Source: an uncultured Gemmatimonadales bacterium (lineage in GTDB: Bacteria > Gemmatimonadota > Glassbacteria > GWA2-58-10). Taken from it: a DNA stretch of 57,339 nucleotides. The stretch spans positions 1 to 57,339 of the forward strand of contig CAYLSM010000001.1 of assembly GCA_964386505.1 (NCBI GenBank), written 5' to 3'. Every line of letters starts with the position of its first letter. Position 1 is the first letter of the stretch. Shown piece by piece: positions 1-9,884 of the stretch. A model generated the notes under the pieces. It did no database searches. It saw only the letters and a program-made list of their open reading frames with translations, and was not told where the DNA came from. Position numbers and translations under genes: made by a program.

Positions 1-1007
1 CCGCCGGCCTGCCCGCCGGCTGCGAGGTGATCGTGCCTGCCTACACTTTTGTCGCCACTGCCACCGCTGTGCTCGAATCGAACATGGTCCCGGTCTTCGC
101 CGACATCGACCCGGACACCGGCAACATCTCGGCCGCCTCAGCCGAGGCGCTCATCACCGAGAACACCCGCGCCATCCTGCCAGTGCACCTGGCCGGTGTG
201 GTGGCGGACATGGACAGTCTGAACGCCCTGGCGGCCAAGCGCTCGCTCGTGGTGATCGAGGACGCCTGCCAGGCCTGGGGCAGCGAACACAACGGCCGCA
301 AGGCCGGTTCCCTGGCCGCGGCCGGAACTTTCAGCTTTCAGAGTTCGAAGCACATCACCGGCGGCGAGGGCGGCGCGGTGACAACCAACGACCCCGAGCT
401 GGCCGAACGCTGCCGCTCGTTCATCAACTGCGGACGGGTGCGCGGGGGATTGTGGCACGAGCACGGCCTGCTGGGCGGCAACTATCGCCTGAGCGAGCTC
501 CAGGCCGCGGTGATCCTGACCCAGTTCGAGCGTTACGAGCCCATGCTGGCCCAGCGCCAGGCCGCCGCCGCGTTCCTGCGCCGCGAGTTGGCCGCTGTCG
601 AGGGTATCGCTCCCTTGCAGCTTCCACCCTATGCCACAGCCTGCAGCTGCCATTTTCTGATCCTGCGCTACGACCAGGCGGCCTGGGGTGGATTGCCGCG
701 CGATCAGTTCATCAAGGCCCTCAACGCCGAGGGGGTCCGTCCGGCGCACGGTGGCTATTTCACCCCCATCTACCGCCAGAGGTTCCTGCAGGAAAAAAAT
801 GTCGGCCCCTTCGACCGGATCAAGAGCCACCTCTTCCGCGGCGAGGTGATCGACTACGGCAAGTTCCACTGCCCGGTCACCGAGCGTTTCACCGGCAGCG
901 AGGCGCTCTGGCTGCTGCAGAACCTGCTGCTGGCCGACCAGGCCGGGCTGGAGGATATCGTGGCCGCGTTCCGCAAGCTGCGCGAGAACTACCGCGAGCT
1001 GCTCTGA
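1..1007 (+). CDS. DegT/DnrJ/EryC1/StrS-family PLP-dependent sugar aminotransferase (5' end lies outside the window)
   Basis: The reading frame is open from the window edge. Family-typical motifs are VPAYTFVATA, VHLAGVVADMD, VVIEDACQAWG and the PLP-lysine region FSFQSSKHITGGEGG. A stem-loop plus T-run follows the stop. Confidence 0.88.
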   Translation, partial: AGLPAGCEVIVPAYTFVATATAVLESNMVPVFADIDPDTGNISAASAEALITENTRAILPVHLAGVVADMDSLNALAAKRSLVVIEDACQAWGSEHNGRKAGSLAAAGTFSFQSSKHITGGEGGAVTTNDPELAERCRSFINCGRVRGGLWHEHGLLGGNYRLSELQAAVILTQFERYEPMLAQRQAAAAFLRRELAAVEGIAPLQLPPYATACSCHFLILRYDQAAWGGLPRDQFIKALNAEGVRPAHGGYFTPIYRQRFLQEKNVGPFDRIKSHLFRGEVIDYGKFHCPVTERFTGSEALWLLQNLLLADQAGLEDIVAAFRKLRENYRELL

Positions 1008-1036
1008 TACTTTATTGGTTTTTAGCCGTTTACCGG

Positions 1037-1075
1037 ACCCCGCGGAACGGATGGCGCGCCGCGGGGTTCTTTTTC
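1037..1075 (+). terminator. Intrinsic terminator after the aminotransferase gene
   Basis: ACCCCGCGG (1037-1045) pairs with CCGCGGGGT (1059-1067) and is followed by TTCTTTTT. Confidence 0.7.
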
Positions 1076-1142
1076 GGCAGACAGGTTTCTCCGCGGAAAG
1101 CAGGCCCCCGCTGGCTTTGCTTCTTTCGCATAGAGGTAATGC

Positions 1143-2465
1143 ATGAACCGCGAATCTGTCCCCGATTACCCCGCCGCGGTCGAGGCCCTCTACGGCCTCC
1201 AGCGCTTCGGGATCAAGCTCGGGCTGGAAAAAATAAACTCGTTGCTCGAGGCCCTGGACCGCCCGGAGAAAAATTTCCTGGCCGCCCACGTGGCCGGGAC
1301 CAACGGCAAGGGCGCCTGCGCCGCGGCGATTCACGCTGTGCTGCGCGCGCATGGGGTCAACGCCGGGCTTTACACCAGCCCGCACCTCTGCGAACTGCGA
1401 GAGCGTGTGCGCGACAGCCTTGGCCCCGTGCCCGAAAATTTTGTCCGTGAATGGGTCGAGAAAAATCTCGAGCGCGTGCTGCGCGAGCGGATCACTTTCT
1501 TCGAGACCTTGACCGCCCTGGCTTTCGACTGGTTCGCCCGCCGGAATGTGGCCGCGGCCGCGGTGGAGGTGGGCCTGGGCGGGCGTTGGGATGCCACCAA
1601 CGCGCTGAGTCCTGCGGTCTGCGTGATCACCTCCATCGGACTGGAGCACGAGGCCTGGCTGGGGCGCGGCCTGGCCCGGATCGCCGGGGAGAAAGCCGGG
1701 ATCGTGAAGATCGGTGTGCCGCTCCTGTGCGGAGTCACCGCCCGCGCGCCCCGCGCGGTGATCGAGGCAGCCTGCCACACCTCCGGCAGCCCGTTCCTGC
1801 CCCTGGAGAGCGAAATCCGCCTGCGAGCGGTGCGGGTGGTGAAAGAGGGAACCCGGTTCAGCTACCGCTCGGCGAGACTTAGCCTGGAGCGGGCTGTCGC
1901 TCCGCTCTACGGGACGCACCAGGCGCGTAACCTCGCCCTGGGGCTGCGCGCCGCCGAGCTTCTGTTGGAGCGCCTGGGAGTGGCCCCGCGCGCCGAGGCC
2001 GCACTGGCGGCCCTGGCCGGACTTTCCTGGCCGGGACGGTTCCAGAGGGTGTGCCTTCCCGGTGGCACGGAGGTAGTGCTGGATGTGGCCCACAACCCGG
2101 CCGCGGCGCGCAAGCTGGCTGCGGTCTGGCGGCGCGTTTACGGCTCGCGGCGGGCTACGGTGATCGCCGGGTTGGCCGCGGACAAGGATTATACTTCGTT
2201 CCTGGCCGCACTGGCCCCGCTGGCGGTGCGTTTCGTGCTGACCGCCCCCGATTTCGGCGGCTCGGACAACCGCTCCGGCGCCGCCGATCCGCAGGCCATG
2301 GCCCGCGCGCTCGAAAAGCACGGCAGGGGTGTATCTGTACAGGTCGCAGGAAGTGTCAAGCAGGCCCTGGAAAGCGCCCTCGGCAATCCGGAGCCGCTGC
2401 TGGTCACCGGCTCGTTCCGCACCGTGGGCGAGGCCATGCGCTTCCTCGGCCTGGCGGTCGAATAG
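1143..2465 (+). CDS. folC: Folylpolyglutamate synthase / dihydrofolate synthase
   Basis: Mur-ligase P-loop HVAGTNGKGA followed by LYTSPHL. The length (440 aa) and the ATG start at 1143 fit FolC. Confidence 0.9.
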   Translation: MNRESVPDYPAAVEALYGLQRFGIKLGLEKINSLLEALDRPEKNFLAAHVAGTNGKGACAAAIHAVLRAHGVNAGLYTSPHLCELRERVRDSLGPVPENFVREWVEKNLERVLRERITFFETLTALAFDWFARRNVAAAAVEVGLGGRWDATNALSPAVCVITSIGLEHEAWLGRGLARIAGEKAGIVKIGVPLLCGVTARAPRAVIEAACHTSGSPFLPLESEIRLRAVRVVKEGTRFSYRSARLSLERAVAPLYGTHQARNLALGLRAAELLLERLGVAPRAEAALAALAGLSWPGRFQRVCLPGGTEVVLDVAHNPAAARKLAAVWRRVYGSRRATVIAGLAADKDYTSFLAALAPLAVRFVLTAPDFGGSDNRSGAADPQAMARALEKHGRGVSVQVAGSVKQALESALGNPEPLLVTGSFRTVGEAMRFLGLAVE

Positions 2466-2491
2466 ATTCAACCTTTTCTGGAGTTTCGATT

Positions 2492-4717
2492 TTGCCCGAA
2501 AGCTTCGGCATAAACCTGGAAAGCGGGCACAGCCTCTGGCTCTGGCTCATTATCGCCGCCTTGGCCGCTCTGGTCCTCTGGAGCTACCGCCGCACCTGGC
2601 CCCCTGTGGGTGCGCCCTACCGCACGCTGCTTATCGCCATACGGCTGGCCGTATTTGTGCTGACTGCCTGGCTCTTGTTCCGTCCCGTGCTCACCTGGAG
2701 CGTGGACAGCGAGCGCCGCGCGCGGGTAGCCGTGCTCCTGGACAACTCTGCTTCCATGCGCCTTCCAGCCTCTGCCGCGGGCGGCGCTGACAGCGCGAGC
2801 CGCCTGACCCTGGCCCGGTCGCTCCTTGGCGGCCTGCACGCGGACAGCCTCATCGCGCTCTACACCTTCGGGGCGCGCCTGGCCCCGCTCACCGCCCCGG
2901 ACAGCCTCGGAGGTGCTCCCTCCGGCCGCACCGACCTGGCCGCAGCCCTGCGGCAGGTCACCGCGCCCGGCGCGCCAGCCTGGGACCGGATCTATGTGCT
3001 GACGGATGGCGTAGTGAACAGCGGCGTGGACCCAACAGCACTTGCTTCCGGACTTCCTCCGGTGGAAAGCATCCTGGCCGGCCAGACTCCCGCCGCGCCT
3101 GACCTGGCCCTGGCCGCCCTGAGCCTGAGCCGCCCGGCCTATGACAACGAGCCGGTCGAGCTGGAGCTGTCCGTGGCGGTGAACCTGCCTCCTGGTGCTC
3201 GCAGTCTGCCCTCCGGCGTGGCCCCGACAGTCGATTTCCAGGTGGACGGCCACAAGGTGGCCGAGCTGCGTCTGGAGGCGGGCAATCTGGCCGGACGGTT
3301 CATCGGCGGACAGGCCAAGCTGCCGGCCCTGCCCGAGGGCGAGCATGTCCTGCGCGCCGTGCTGCGGCCCCTGCCAGGGGAGTGGACCGAGCGCAACAAC
3401 GAGCGCCTGCTGCTTGTCGAGGTAGCCCGTGGCCGTCACCCGCTCCTGCTCGTTACCAACTCCGCGGACTGGGATTTCGCTTTCCTGCGGCGCGCCCTAA
3501 GCCGCAACGAGGACTGGGCCGTCTCGGCCCTGGTGCTCCTGGGCGGCGAGCTGAATACTGTCCGCAGCCAGGACCGGGAGGGAAAGTTTTCGGCTGGACA
3601 CCTGCCGGATGACCGGGAACTGGAGAATACCGAACTGGTGGTCCTTCACGGCGACCTGGCGCGCCTGGACCGCTCTTTCCTTGAGCGTGTGGCCACCCGT
3701 GTGTCGCGCGGCAGCCTGGCCCCGGTTCTCTGGCCGACAGCGCGCCTCGCCCCGGGGGCTCTTCCTGCCGCTCTGGCCGCCTGCCTGCCCTTTGCCCCAC
3801 TGCCCGCGCAACTGGTCCTACAGCCGGCCCGTGACATCCCCGGCCGTCTGCTGCCGGATAACCGTTTCGGCCTGGCGGTCCAGGCGGGTGATGCTGAGCT
3901 GCCGCCGGTGGAAAGCGTGATGCGCGGGCCCGGGCTGGTCAGGGACGCCGAGCCGCTGGCCGCCTTGAGCGGCGCCGTCTCCAGCCTGGCCTCCGACCCG
4001 CATGGCGCCCCTCTGCTGGTGGCGTTGAGCCGGGATGGCGTCCGCTCGGCCACGGTCCTGGGGACCGGCCTCTGGCGCTGGCACATGCTGAGCCAGGAAA
4101 GCCCGGGGCAGGACAACTCCCGCTACGAGCGTCTCTGGGAGACCCTGGCCGGCTGGCTGATCAGTGGCCGGCGCAAGGAGGGTGGCGCTCTGAGGCCCGA
4201 GCGCAGCGTATTCCAGTGGGGGGAGGAAGTCGTGTTCAGCGCGCCCGCGGGAGGTGAGCCCGACAGCCTGACCCTGCGCCTGAGCCTGGTGCGCGAAACT
4301 GAGGCCCCCGGCGGTGCTCCGGACAGCCTGGTCCCTCTCACGGTTGCGCCTCCAGATCCCGGCCAGGCCCGGCGGGTCTCCGCCGGCATCCTGAAACCCG
4401 GCGTTTATCGCTGGCTGGTCGCTCCCGGAAGGCCCGCCCCTGAGGCTCAAACCTATGGCGGCCTGTTCGCGGTGGAAAACTACTCCCCCGAGTTGACCAC
4501 GGTTCAGCCCGACACCACTCTCCTGTCCGCCCTGGCCCGCGCCACCGGCGGACGCCTCACCGTCAGCCGGGCTTTCTCAGGCCGTATCGGTGACAACCTT
4601 TCCCGGCGGCGTGTCAGCCACAGCCTTTCCCTGGCCGGGGAAAGCTGGCTCTTCTTTGTCCTGATCGCCCTTCTGTCCGCGGAATGGATCCTGCGGCGGC
4701 GGCGCTCGCTGGCCTGA
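2492..4717 (+). CDS. Membrane protein with BatA-type N-terminal double-TM domain, a vWA-like MIDAS motif and a C-terminal TM anchor
   Basis: The listed 2051 start overlaps folC. A TTG at 2492 gives LPESFGINLESGHSLWLWLIIAALAALVLW followed by a second TM segment. The motif LLDNSASM (DxSxS) comes right after the TM pair. The C-terminus is WLFFVLIALLSAEWILRRRR. It is a paralogue of 41359-43467. Confidence 0.65.
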   Translation: MPESFGINLESGHSLWLWLIIAALAALVLWSYRRTWPPVGAPYRTLLIAIRLAVFVLTAWLLFRPVLTWSVDSERRARVAVLLDNSASMRLPASAAGGADSASRLTLARSLLGGLHADSLIALYTFGARLAPLTAPDSLGGAPSGRTDLAAALRQVTAPGAPAWDRIYVLTDGVVNSGVDPTALASGLPPVESILAGQTPAAPDLALAALSLSRPAYDNEPVELELSVAVNLPPGARSLPSGVAPTVDFQVDGHKVAELRLEAGNLAGRFIGGQAKLPALPEGEHVLRAVLRPLPGEWTERNNERLLLVEVARGRHPLLLVTNSADWDFAFLRRALSRNEDWAVSALVLLGGELNTVRSQDREGKFSAGHLPDDRELENTELVVLHGDLARLDRSFLERVATRVSRGSLAPVLWPTARLAPGALPAALAACLPFAPLPAQLVLQPARDIPGRLLPDNRFGLAVQAGDAELPPVESVMRGPGLVRDAEPLAALSGAVSSLASDPHGAPLLVALSRDGVRSATVLGTGLWRWHMLSQESPGQDNSRYERLWETLAGWLISGRRKEGGALRPERSVFQWGEEVVFSAPAGGEPDSLTLRLSLVRETEAPGGAPDSLVPLTVAPPDPGQARRVSAGILKPGVYRWLVAPGRPAPEAQTYGGLFAVENYSPELTTVQPDTTLLSALARATGGRLTVSRAFSGRIGDNLSRRRVSHSLSLAGESWLFFVLIALLSAEWILRRRRSLA

Positions 4718-4748
4718 AACCGTCGCGAGATACGGACTGTGGAAAAAG

Positions 4749-4777
4749 TTGACAACCGGCGCAGGTAAAAATATTTT
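4749..4777 (+). promoter_or_regulatory. Sigma70-like promoter (TTGACA-17 nt-TATTTT) overlapping a direct repeat
   Basis: TTGACA lies at 4749-4754, a 17-nt spacer follows, and TATTTT lies at 4772-4777. AATATTTTCAT (4770-4780) recurs as AATATTTTTCAT (4800-4811). This sits about 135 nt upstream of the 4913 ATG. Confidence 0.5.
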
Positions 4778-4912
4778 CATTCCAAGTCCCTTGTCCGAGA
4801 ATATTTTTCATATTTTACCCACGGGACTTCCGGCGTTGTTTTGCGTCATGCTGGCGAACAGAGCGACATGCAAGTCGGTTTTCAGGACTTTTAACGGCGA
4901 GGTGGTAGCCCC

Positions 4913-5425
4913 ATGAGCGACAACCGCAGTCAGGACATCAAACTCATCAAGCTCTCGATACAAATCGAAAAAGACACTCTCGCCTTCTTCGAAAAATTCA
5001 TCCACAAAGCCGGTGAAACCAGCCACCTGACACCGTTCCTGCAGGGTGTGCAGGCCGAGTTGACCGAGGATATCTCCCGTTTCGAGACTCTTCTCCAGCC
5101 CCTGGAAAGCGAGACCGGGACGGATGAAAGCATCCAGAGCCTGTCGCTGGATGAGTATGTCAAAGGGGTGCACGGCGCCCGGGTGGACAAGTTTTTCACC
5201 TCCAGCCGCACCGCCGAGCTGCTCGACAGCTACTACAACCCGATCCAGGCCCTCGGCGCCTCCATTCAGATATTCAAGGACATCGCCAAGTTCTACCAGG
5301 ATTCCGCCGCCGACATCTTCTACGACAAGGAGAAGGCCGCTTTCCTGGAATCGGCCGAGCGAAAGAAAGAGCAGTCGGAATCTGTAGCCCGCAAGAGACG
5401 CGAGATAATCAGCCGCTTCCCCTGA
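4913..5425 (+). CDS. Hypothetical protein, possibly a degenerate rubrerythrin/ferritin-like four-helix protein
   Basis: Two half-repeats resemble the rubrerythrin-family pattern (A/I)xxExxxxxF(Y/F): IQIEKDTLAFFEKF and IQIFKDIAKFYQDS. The downstream ExxH positions read EDISRF and ERKKEQ, so the His ligands appear to be absent. The family assignment is weak. Confidence 0.4.
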   Translation: MSDNRSQDIKLIKLSIQIEKDTLAFFEKFIHKAGETSHLTPFLQGVQAELTEDISRFETLLQPLESETGTDESIQSLSLDEYVKGVHGARVDKFFTSSRTAELLDSYYNPIQALGASIQIFKDIAKFYQDSAADIFYDKEKAAFLESAERKKEQSESVARKRREIISRFP

Positions 5426-5464
5426 GCGGCCCGGCCGCACTCTTGAATGCCGGTGCGTAACCAT

Positions 5465-5511
5465 GCGCGCCTCCCGGAGTCTGACTGGTTCGCGGGGGGC
5501 GCGCTTTATTT
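5465..5511 (+). terminator. Intrinsic terminator
   Basis: GCGCGCCTCCC (5465-5475) pairs with GGGGGGCGCGC (5494-5504, one G-U wobble) and is followed by TTTATTT. Confidence 0.65.
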
Positions 5512-5540
5512 GAAATGTACTCTGAGTAGGAGCGTTGAAG

Positions 5541-7085
5541 ATGGAAATATCACTGAGCCGGCATCTCGACCTTGAATCCGAGCGGGAGGTCCTTCTCCTG
5601 CCCTTGACCGAGGGCGCTCCGGCCGAGAATCAACTGTTTGCCGCCCTGGACCGGAGGCTTGACGGCGCCCTGGCCTGTGCCGCGGCCCAGGAGGATTTCC
5701 AGGCCAAGAGCGGACAGGCCCTGGTCCTCAACACCCTGGGCAAGATCGCGGTGCAGCGGGTAGTGCTGCTGGGCTTGGGCGAGGCTGCGCGGGTCGGCAC
5801 CGAGCGCCGCCGCCGCACGGCCGGACGGGCCGCGGAGCAGTTGCGGCGGGTCCGCGCTACTTCGGTCCTGATTGTCTGCCAGGCCGCCCCGGGCGACGAC
5901 TTCAAGCCCGCGCGCGGGGCAGCGGCCCTGGGGGGGGGCCTGGACCTTGCCCTCTACCGTTTCGGCAAGTACAAGAGCGGTAACGGCGACAAGCCGCCCT
6001 ATGCCGGCCCGGACAAAGTGGAGCTGCGGGTGGTCGACGCCCAAGGCCAGAGGTCCGGGGAAGAGGCGCAGATCAAGAGCGCCGTGGAGCGCGTCCTCCT
6101 GGTCACGGCCGCCGTGCGCACGGCTCGCGACCTGATCAACGAAATCCCCCAGGAGATGACTCCCGAGCGCCTGGCCGAAAACGCCGCCAGCCTCGTCCAG
6201 GGCATCCCGGGGCTCAGTTGCAGCGTGCTGGATGAGGCAGCGATGGAGCGCGAGGGCATGCAGGCCTCCCTGGCCGTGGGACGCGGCAGCTACAACCGTC
6301 CGCGTTTTATCCAGCTAAGCTGGACACCGCCCGAACAGGCCGACAGCGCCGAGCACCTGGTCCTGGTGGGCAAGGGGGTGACTTTCGACAGCGGCGGGCT
6401 GAACCTCAAGCCCGGCGACTCGATGCTCTCGATGAAAGCCGACATGTCGGGAGCGGCGGCGGTGATCTGCGCCCTGACCGTGATCGCCCGACTGCGTCTG
6501 CCGCTCAAGGTCAGCAGCCTGATCTCGGCGGTGGAGAACATGCCCTCGGGACGGAGCTACCGGCCGGATGACATCGTGCGCTCGTTCGGGGGTATCAACA
6601 TCGAGATCGGCAACACGGACGCCGAGGGCCGGCTGACCCTGGCGGATGCCCTGGGTTGGGCCGTGGCCCGCTGCAACGCCACCCGGATTGTGGACCTCGC
6701 CACCCTGACCGGGGCCTGCATGGTCGCCCTGGGGGTGCAGACCGCCGGGGTGTTCGGCCAGCCGGAATCCTGGCGCGACAAGGTCCTGGCCGCAGCCTCC
6801 GGCACAGGCGAGAAATGCACTCCCCTGCCGTTGGATGAGGACCTGGCCGATGACATCAAGAGCGAGTACGCGGATGTGCGCAACACCGGGGCCACCCGCT
6901 ACGGCGGAGCGATCACAGCGGCGCTGTTCCTGCAGCGGTTCGTCAAGGACACGCCCTGGGCGCACCTGGACATCGCCGGCCCGGCCTGGACCGACAAGCG
7001 GCGGGACTACGCTGGCCCGGGCGGCACGGGTTTCGGCGTGCGCCTGCTGGTGCGCCTGGCCGAAAGCCTCTGCCAGGGGAAATAA
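5541..7085 (+). CDS. pepA: Leucyl aminopeptidase, peptidase family M17
   Basis: The M17 signature NTDAEGRLTLADAL is present, together with VGKGVTFDSGG and MKADMSGAA. The ATG at 5541 follows TAGGAG by about 8 nt. A TTG at 5535 is an alternative start. Confidence 0.9.
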   Translation: MEISLSRHLDLESEREVLLLPLTEGAPAENQLFAALDRRLDGALACAAAQEDFQAKSGQALVLNTLGKIAVQRVVLLGLGEAARVGTERRRRTAGRAAEQLRRVRATSVLIVCQAAPGDDFKPARGAAALGGGLDLALYRFGKYKSGNGDKPPYAGPDKVELRVVDAQGQRSGEEAQIKSAVERVLLVTAAVRTARDLINEIPQEMTPERLAENAASLVQGIPGLSCSVLDEAAMEREGMQASLAVGRGSYNRPRFIQLSWTPPEQADSAEHLVLVGKGVTFDSGGLNLKPGDSMLSMKADMSGAAAVICALTVIARLRLPLKVSSLISAVENMPSGRSYRPDDIVRSFGGINIEIGNTDAEGRLTLADALGWAVARCNATRIVDLATLTGACMVALGVQTAGVFGQPESWRDKVLAAASGTGEKCTPLPLDEDLADDIKSEYADVRNTGATRYGGAITAALFLQRFVKDTPWAHLDIAGPAWTDKRRDYAGPGGTGFGVRLLVRLAESLCQGK

Positions 7086-7106
7086 TCTGCTGGATTCTAT
7101 GCAAAG

Positions 7107-7141
7107 GAAAAGGGGCGACCGGCCGGCCGCCCCTTTGTTTT
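7107..7141. terminator. Bidirectional stem-loop between convergent genes
   Basis: GGGGCG (7112-7117) pairs with CGCCCC (7128-7133). An A-run lies upstream and TTTGTTTT lies downstream. Confidence 0.6.
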
Positions 7142-7174
7142 AGTCCCGAGACAATTGTCACATGCCTGCCAGCA

Positions 7175-8323
7175 TCATACCTTCTCCACCGTCACCGCTG
7201 TCACCGGGCAGATCACCTCGCAGGCTCCGCAGCCGACACACCTGCCGGCCAGCACCTCCACCCGCGCGTTCATCCCTCCCTCATCCCGTACGATCCGTAG
7301 CGCTTTGTAATCACAGTAGCGCAGGCACTGGTCGCATTCCTTGTGCCGGGTAAGAAGGCACAGTTCGGCTTGAATCCGCGCCACCCCCATGACCAGGTGC
7401 TGCTTATCCTCAACCGAAAATTTGCGTATCGCCCCGGTCGGGCAGACACTGCCGCAGGCGACACATTCGGGCAGGCAGTAACCGCTGTCGAATTCCACCG
7501 CAGGAGTTAAAAGCCCCAGCACATCCCAGGAGTCAACAGTTGGTGTGATAATCCCGGTCGGGCAGGCCCGTCCGCAGTTGCCGCAGCGGATACAGACTGC
7601 TCCGAGCTGTCCCGGCTCCAGTGCCCCGGGCGGATGCAACCGGGCTGTCATTTTCGGCCCGGCAGCCCGGCCGAGGCCCATTTTCACTCCCACACCCAGG
7701 AGAGCCCCCAGCAGCACCCGCCTTCCCCCGGAAAAGACCGGAGCCGCGGCTTTCTCCTTCCGGAACAACCGGCGCGCCCAGGAAAGGCTGTCCTGCAGAC
7801 TGCCCAGCGGACACAGTTTTCCACACCAGAGGTTGGGCACGGCCCAAATTACCGCCAGAACGAGGATCAGGCCGGCGGCCTTGAGAAACACCGCCCAGTG
7901 CTGTTGACTGCGGAATATGTCAAAAAAGGCGGTGAACAGGTTGACCGGGTCGAGAATGCTCAGCAGCGGCTCGCCCAGCAGTGATGCCACCAGCGTCGCG
8001 GCCAGAATCAGTCCCCCGATCCGGGGCAGGCTGGCCAGGCGGCTCGCGGGCGGACGGCCCTTGGCCACCAGATCGCAGAGCGCCCCGGTCGGACAGAGCC
8101 AGCGGCAATACCAGCGGTGACGGAACAGTGCGATCAGCAGCACAGCCAGCGCGGCCAGGCACAGCCAGGAAAGCCTCTGCCGCGCCAGGACCGCGTCCAG
8201 AAGGACCAGCGGGCTGCTCCAGAGGTACAGCCCGCTCAACCGTCCAAGTCCAAGAGGCAGGGACAGGACAGCAGCCGCCCCGGTCAGCAGCAGACGGGCC
8301 GTCTGTCGGGAGCGGAGTCTCAT
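7175..8323 (-). CDS. Integral-membrane polyferredoxin (NapH/MauN-like 4Fe-4S binding protein)
   Basis: Several TM segments are combined with cysteine clusters: CPTGALCD, CGKLCPLGSLQD, CIRCGNCGRACPTG, CVACGSVCPTG and CVGCGACEVICP. Its start overlaps the stop of the upstream flavoprotein gene by 4 nt. Confidence 0.75.
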   Translation of the reverse strand: MRLRSRQTARLLLTGAAAVLSLPLGLGRLSGLYLWSSPLVLLDAVLARQRLSWLCLAALAVLLIALFRHRWYCRWLCPTGALCDLVAKGRPPASRLASLPRIGGLILAATLVASLLGEPLLSILDPVNLFTAFFDIFRSQQHWAVFLKAAGLILVLAVIWAVPNLWCGKLCPLGSLQDSLSWARRLFRKEKAAAPVFSGGRRVLLGALLGVGVKMGLGRAAGPKMTARLHPPGALEPGQLGAVCIRCGNCGRACPTGIITPTVDSWDVLGLLTPAVEFDSGYCLPECVACGSVCPTGAIRKFSVEDKQHLVMGVARIQAELCLLTRHKECDQCLRYCDYKALRIVRDEGGMNARVEVLAGRCVGCGACEVICPVTAVTVEKV

Positions 8324-9687
8324 CCCAGGTTGGCGTTCTGCTGCTTCAGCAACGCCTGCACCTGCTTCACGTCCACCGCGCGGGCGGAAACCCCGCTACT
8401 CACCGCCACGGCCGCGGCCGCCCCGGCCCCGTGCCCGGTCACCAGGCAGGTGCCGATAATGCGCGTGTCCTCGACCAGCTCTTTCTCGAAGCAGAAACAG
8501 CGTCCCGCGGCGATCAGGTTCTCGGTCTTTCTGGGCAGAAGCGCCCGGTAGGGTATCTGCCACCAGGGACGTTCGCGCATGGTCACCCGCTTGCCCTTGT
8601 ACATGAGGCTCGTCCAGGCGCCGCTCACTCCGATCACGTCCTCGAAGCTCCTGTAGGTCATCGTATCTTCCAGGCTCAAGCGGTACTCACCGTCCAGGAT
8701 ACGCGACATCCGCACGCCCAGTTGCGCGGCTGTGTCCAGCAGAAACACCTTCTCGTAGCCGGGCTTGGAGCGGATTTTCTGCACGTTCTCCCAGATCTGG
8801 ATCCGGTATTTCTGCTGCAGCTCGGCCAGGGTGTTCAGGTCCAGCGCGTCCTGGTCATCCTCCCCGTGCATGTTGAACCAGTTCACGCCCTCAATGGGCG
8901 TGGGCAGCCCGATCTCCTGCGCTTCAAACCCCGGCCGGGTCTTGTCGATCTTGTCGATGTTTCCCAGACGGTGCACCAGGCCGATATGGTATTTCATGTT
9001 CTCGTAGTTCTCGCCGGCCAGGTGCAGCACGTCCCCGTCCCCGGTGCCGTCCACCACTATCTTGGGCGCCACCGCCACCCGCCCTGATTTCGATTCCAGG
9101 ATCACTGCCTTGATCAAGCCGTTCTCCACGATCAGGTTGGAGACCCAGCAGTGGTAGAGCACCCGCACGCCGGCCTCGCGGGTCAGAGCGTCCAGCACGT
9201 ACTTGCCAGCCTCCGGGTCGATCGTGGGGTTTACCTCCTCGATCGACATGCCCAGCTCGCGCAGACGGCTGTTGATCTCGCCCCCGATCCCGAAAATCAC
9301 CTGCTTGAACCCGCCTTTTTTATCCAGGCCGTGGGTGGAAAGCAGCGGAAGCACCAGTCCACCGGTCCAGAGGCCGCCCAAATGATTATAGCGCTCCACC
9401 AGAATAACCTTGGCCCCGGCGCGCCCGGCGGCGATTGCGGCCGCCACCCCGGCCGGGCCTCCACCCGCCACCAGCACGTCCGTTTCGGCGATTACCGGTA
9501 TCTCGCGCACCGGTTCGAGAATGCTCGCACCCGCCTGCAGCCTGGATGCCGCGGCCAGTGAGTCCGTTTTGACAGACGCTTCCCGCGTGACTGCGGCTTC
9601 CGGGGCTTTCTGCGGGCTGCACTGCGCCGCGCCCAGAAGCGCACTGGAGGAGACTGCGACCGTTGAGATGAAATTTCTGCGCTTCAT
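8320..9687 (-). CDS. Tat-exported FAD-dependent oxidoreductase
   Basis: The twin-arginine leader is MKRRNFISTVAVSSSALLGAAQC. The dinucleotide-binding fold reads DVLVAGGGPAGVAAAIAAGRAGAKVILVE. Confidence 0.75.
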   Translation of the reverse strand: MKRRNFISTVAVSSSALLGAAQCSPQKAPEAAVTREASVKTDSLAAASRLQAGASILEPVREIPVIAETDVLVAGGGPAGVAAAIAAGRAGAKVILVERYNHLGGLWTGGLVLPLLSTHGLDKKGGFKQVIFGIGGEINSRLRELGMSIEEVNPTIDPEAGKYVLDALTREAGVRVLYHCWVSNLIVENGLIKAVILESKSGRVAVAPKIVVDGTGDGDVLHLAGENYENMKYHIGLVHRLGNIDKIDKTRPGFEAQEIGLPTPIEGVNWFNMHGEDDQDALDLNTLAELQQKYRIQIWENVQKIRSKPGYEKVFLLDTAAQLGVRMSRILDGEYRLSLEDTMTYRSFEDVIGVSGAWTSLMYKGKRVTMRERPWWQIPYRALLPRKTENLIAAGRCFCFEKELVEDTRIIGTCLVTGHGAGAAAAVAVSSGVSARAVDVKQVQALLKQQNANLG

Positions 9688-9884
9688 GGCAGGGCCTCTT
9701 GGAATGACTTGACTGGATGGATTTTATATTTCCGAACGGGCAAGCCGGCGGCATGCTGGAGCAGGTAAGGCGTGTCCGCCGCAGGGATGGGATTAAGATA
9801 CTTGGCCTCAGGCCGCTGTCAAGCCGTAACATGAAAGACGCGATAATACAGAAAGGCTTGTCGTAACAGCTATACTCTTGCGGC

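Noticed and set aside
138-2471. A 777-aa minus-strand ORF spanning the aminotransferase and folC genes.
   Set aside because: This is a typical high-G+C shadow ORF. Its composition is rich in Arg, Gly, Ala and Pro, it shows no motifs, and it lies antisense to two genes with clear family signatures.
2051-2491. An upstream extension of the BatA-like ORF that overlaps folC by about 415 nt.
   Set aside because: The extension is Arg/Gly-rich with no signal or TM character. The recognisable double-TM domain begins at the TTG at 2492, just after the folC stop.
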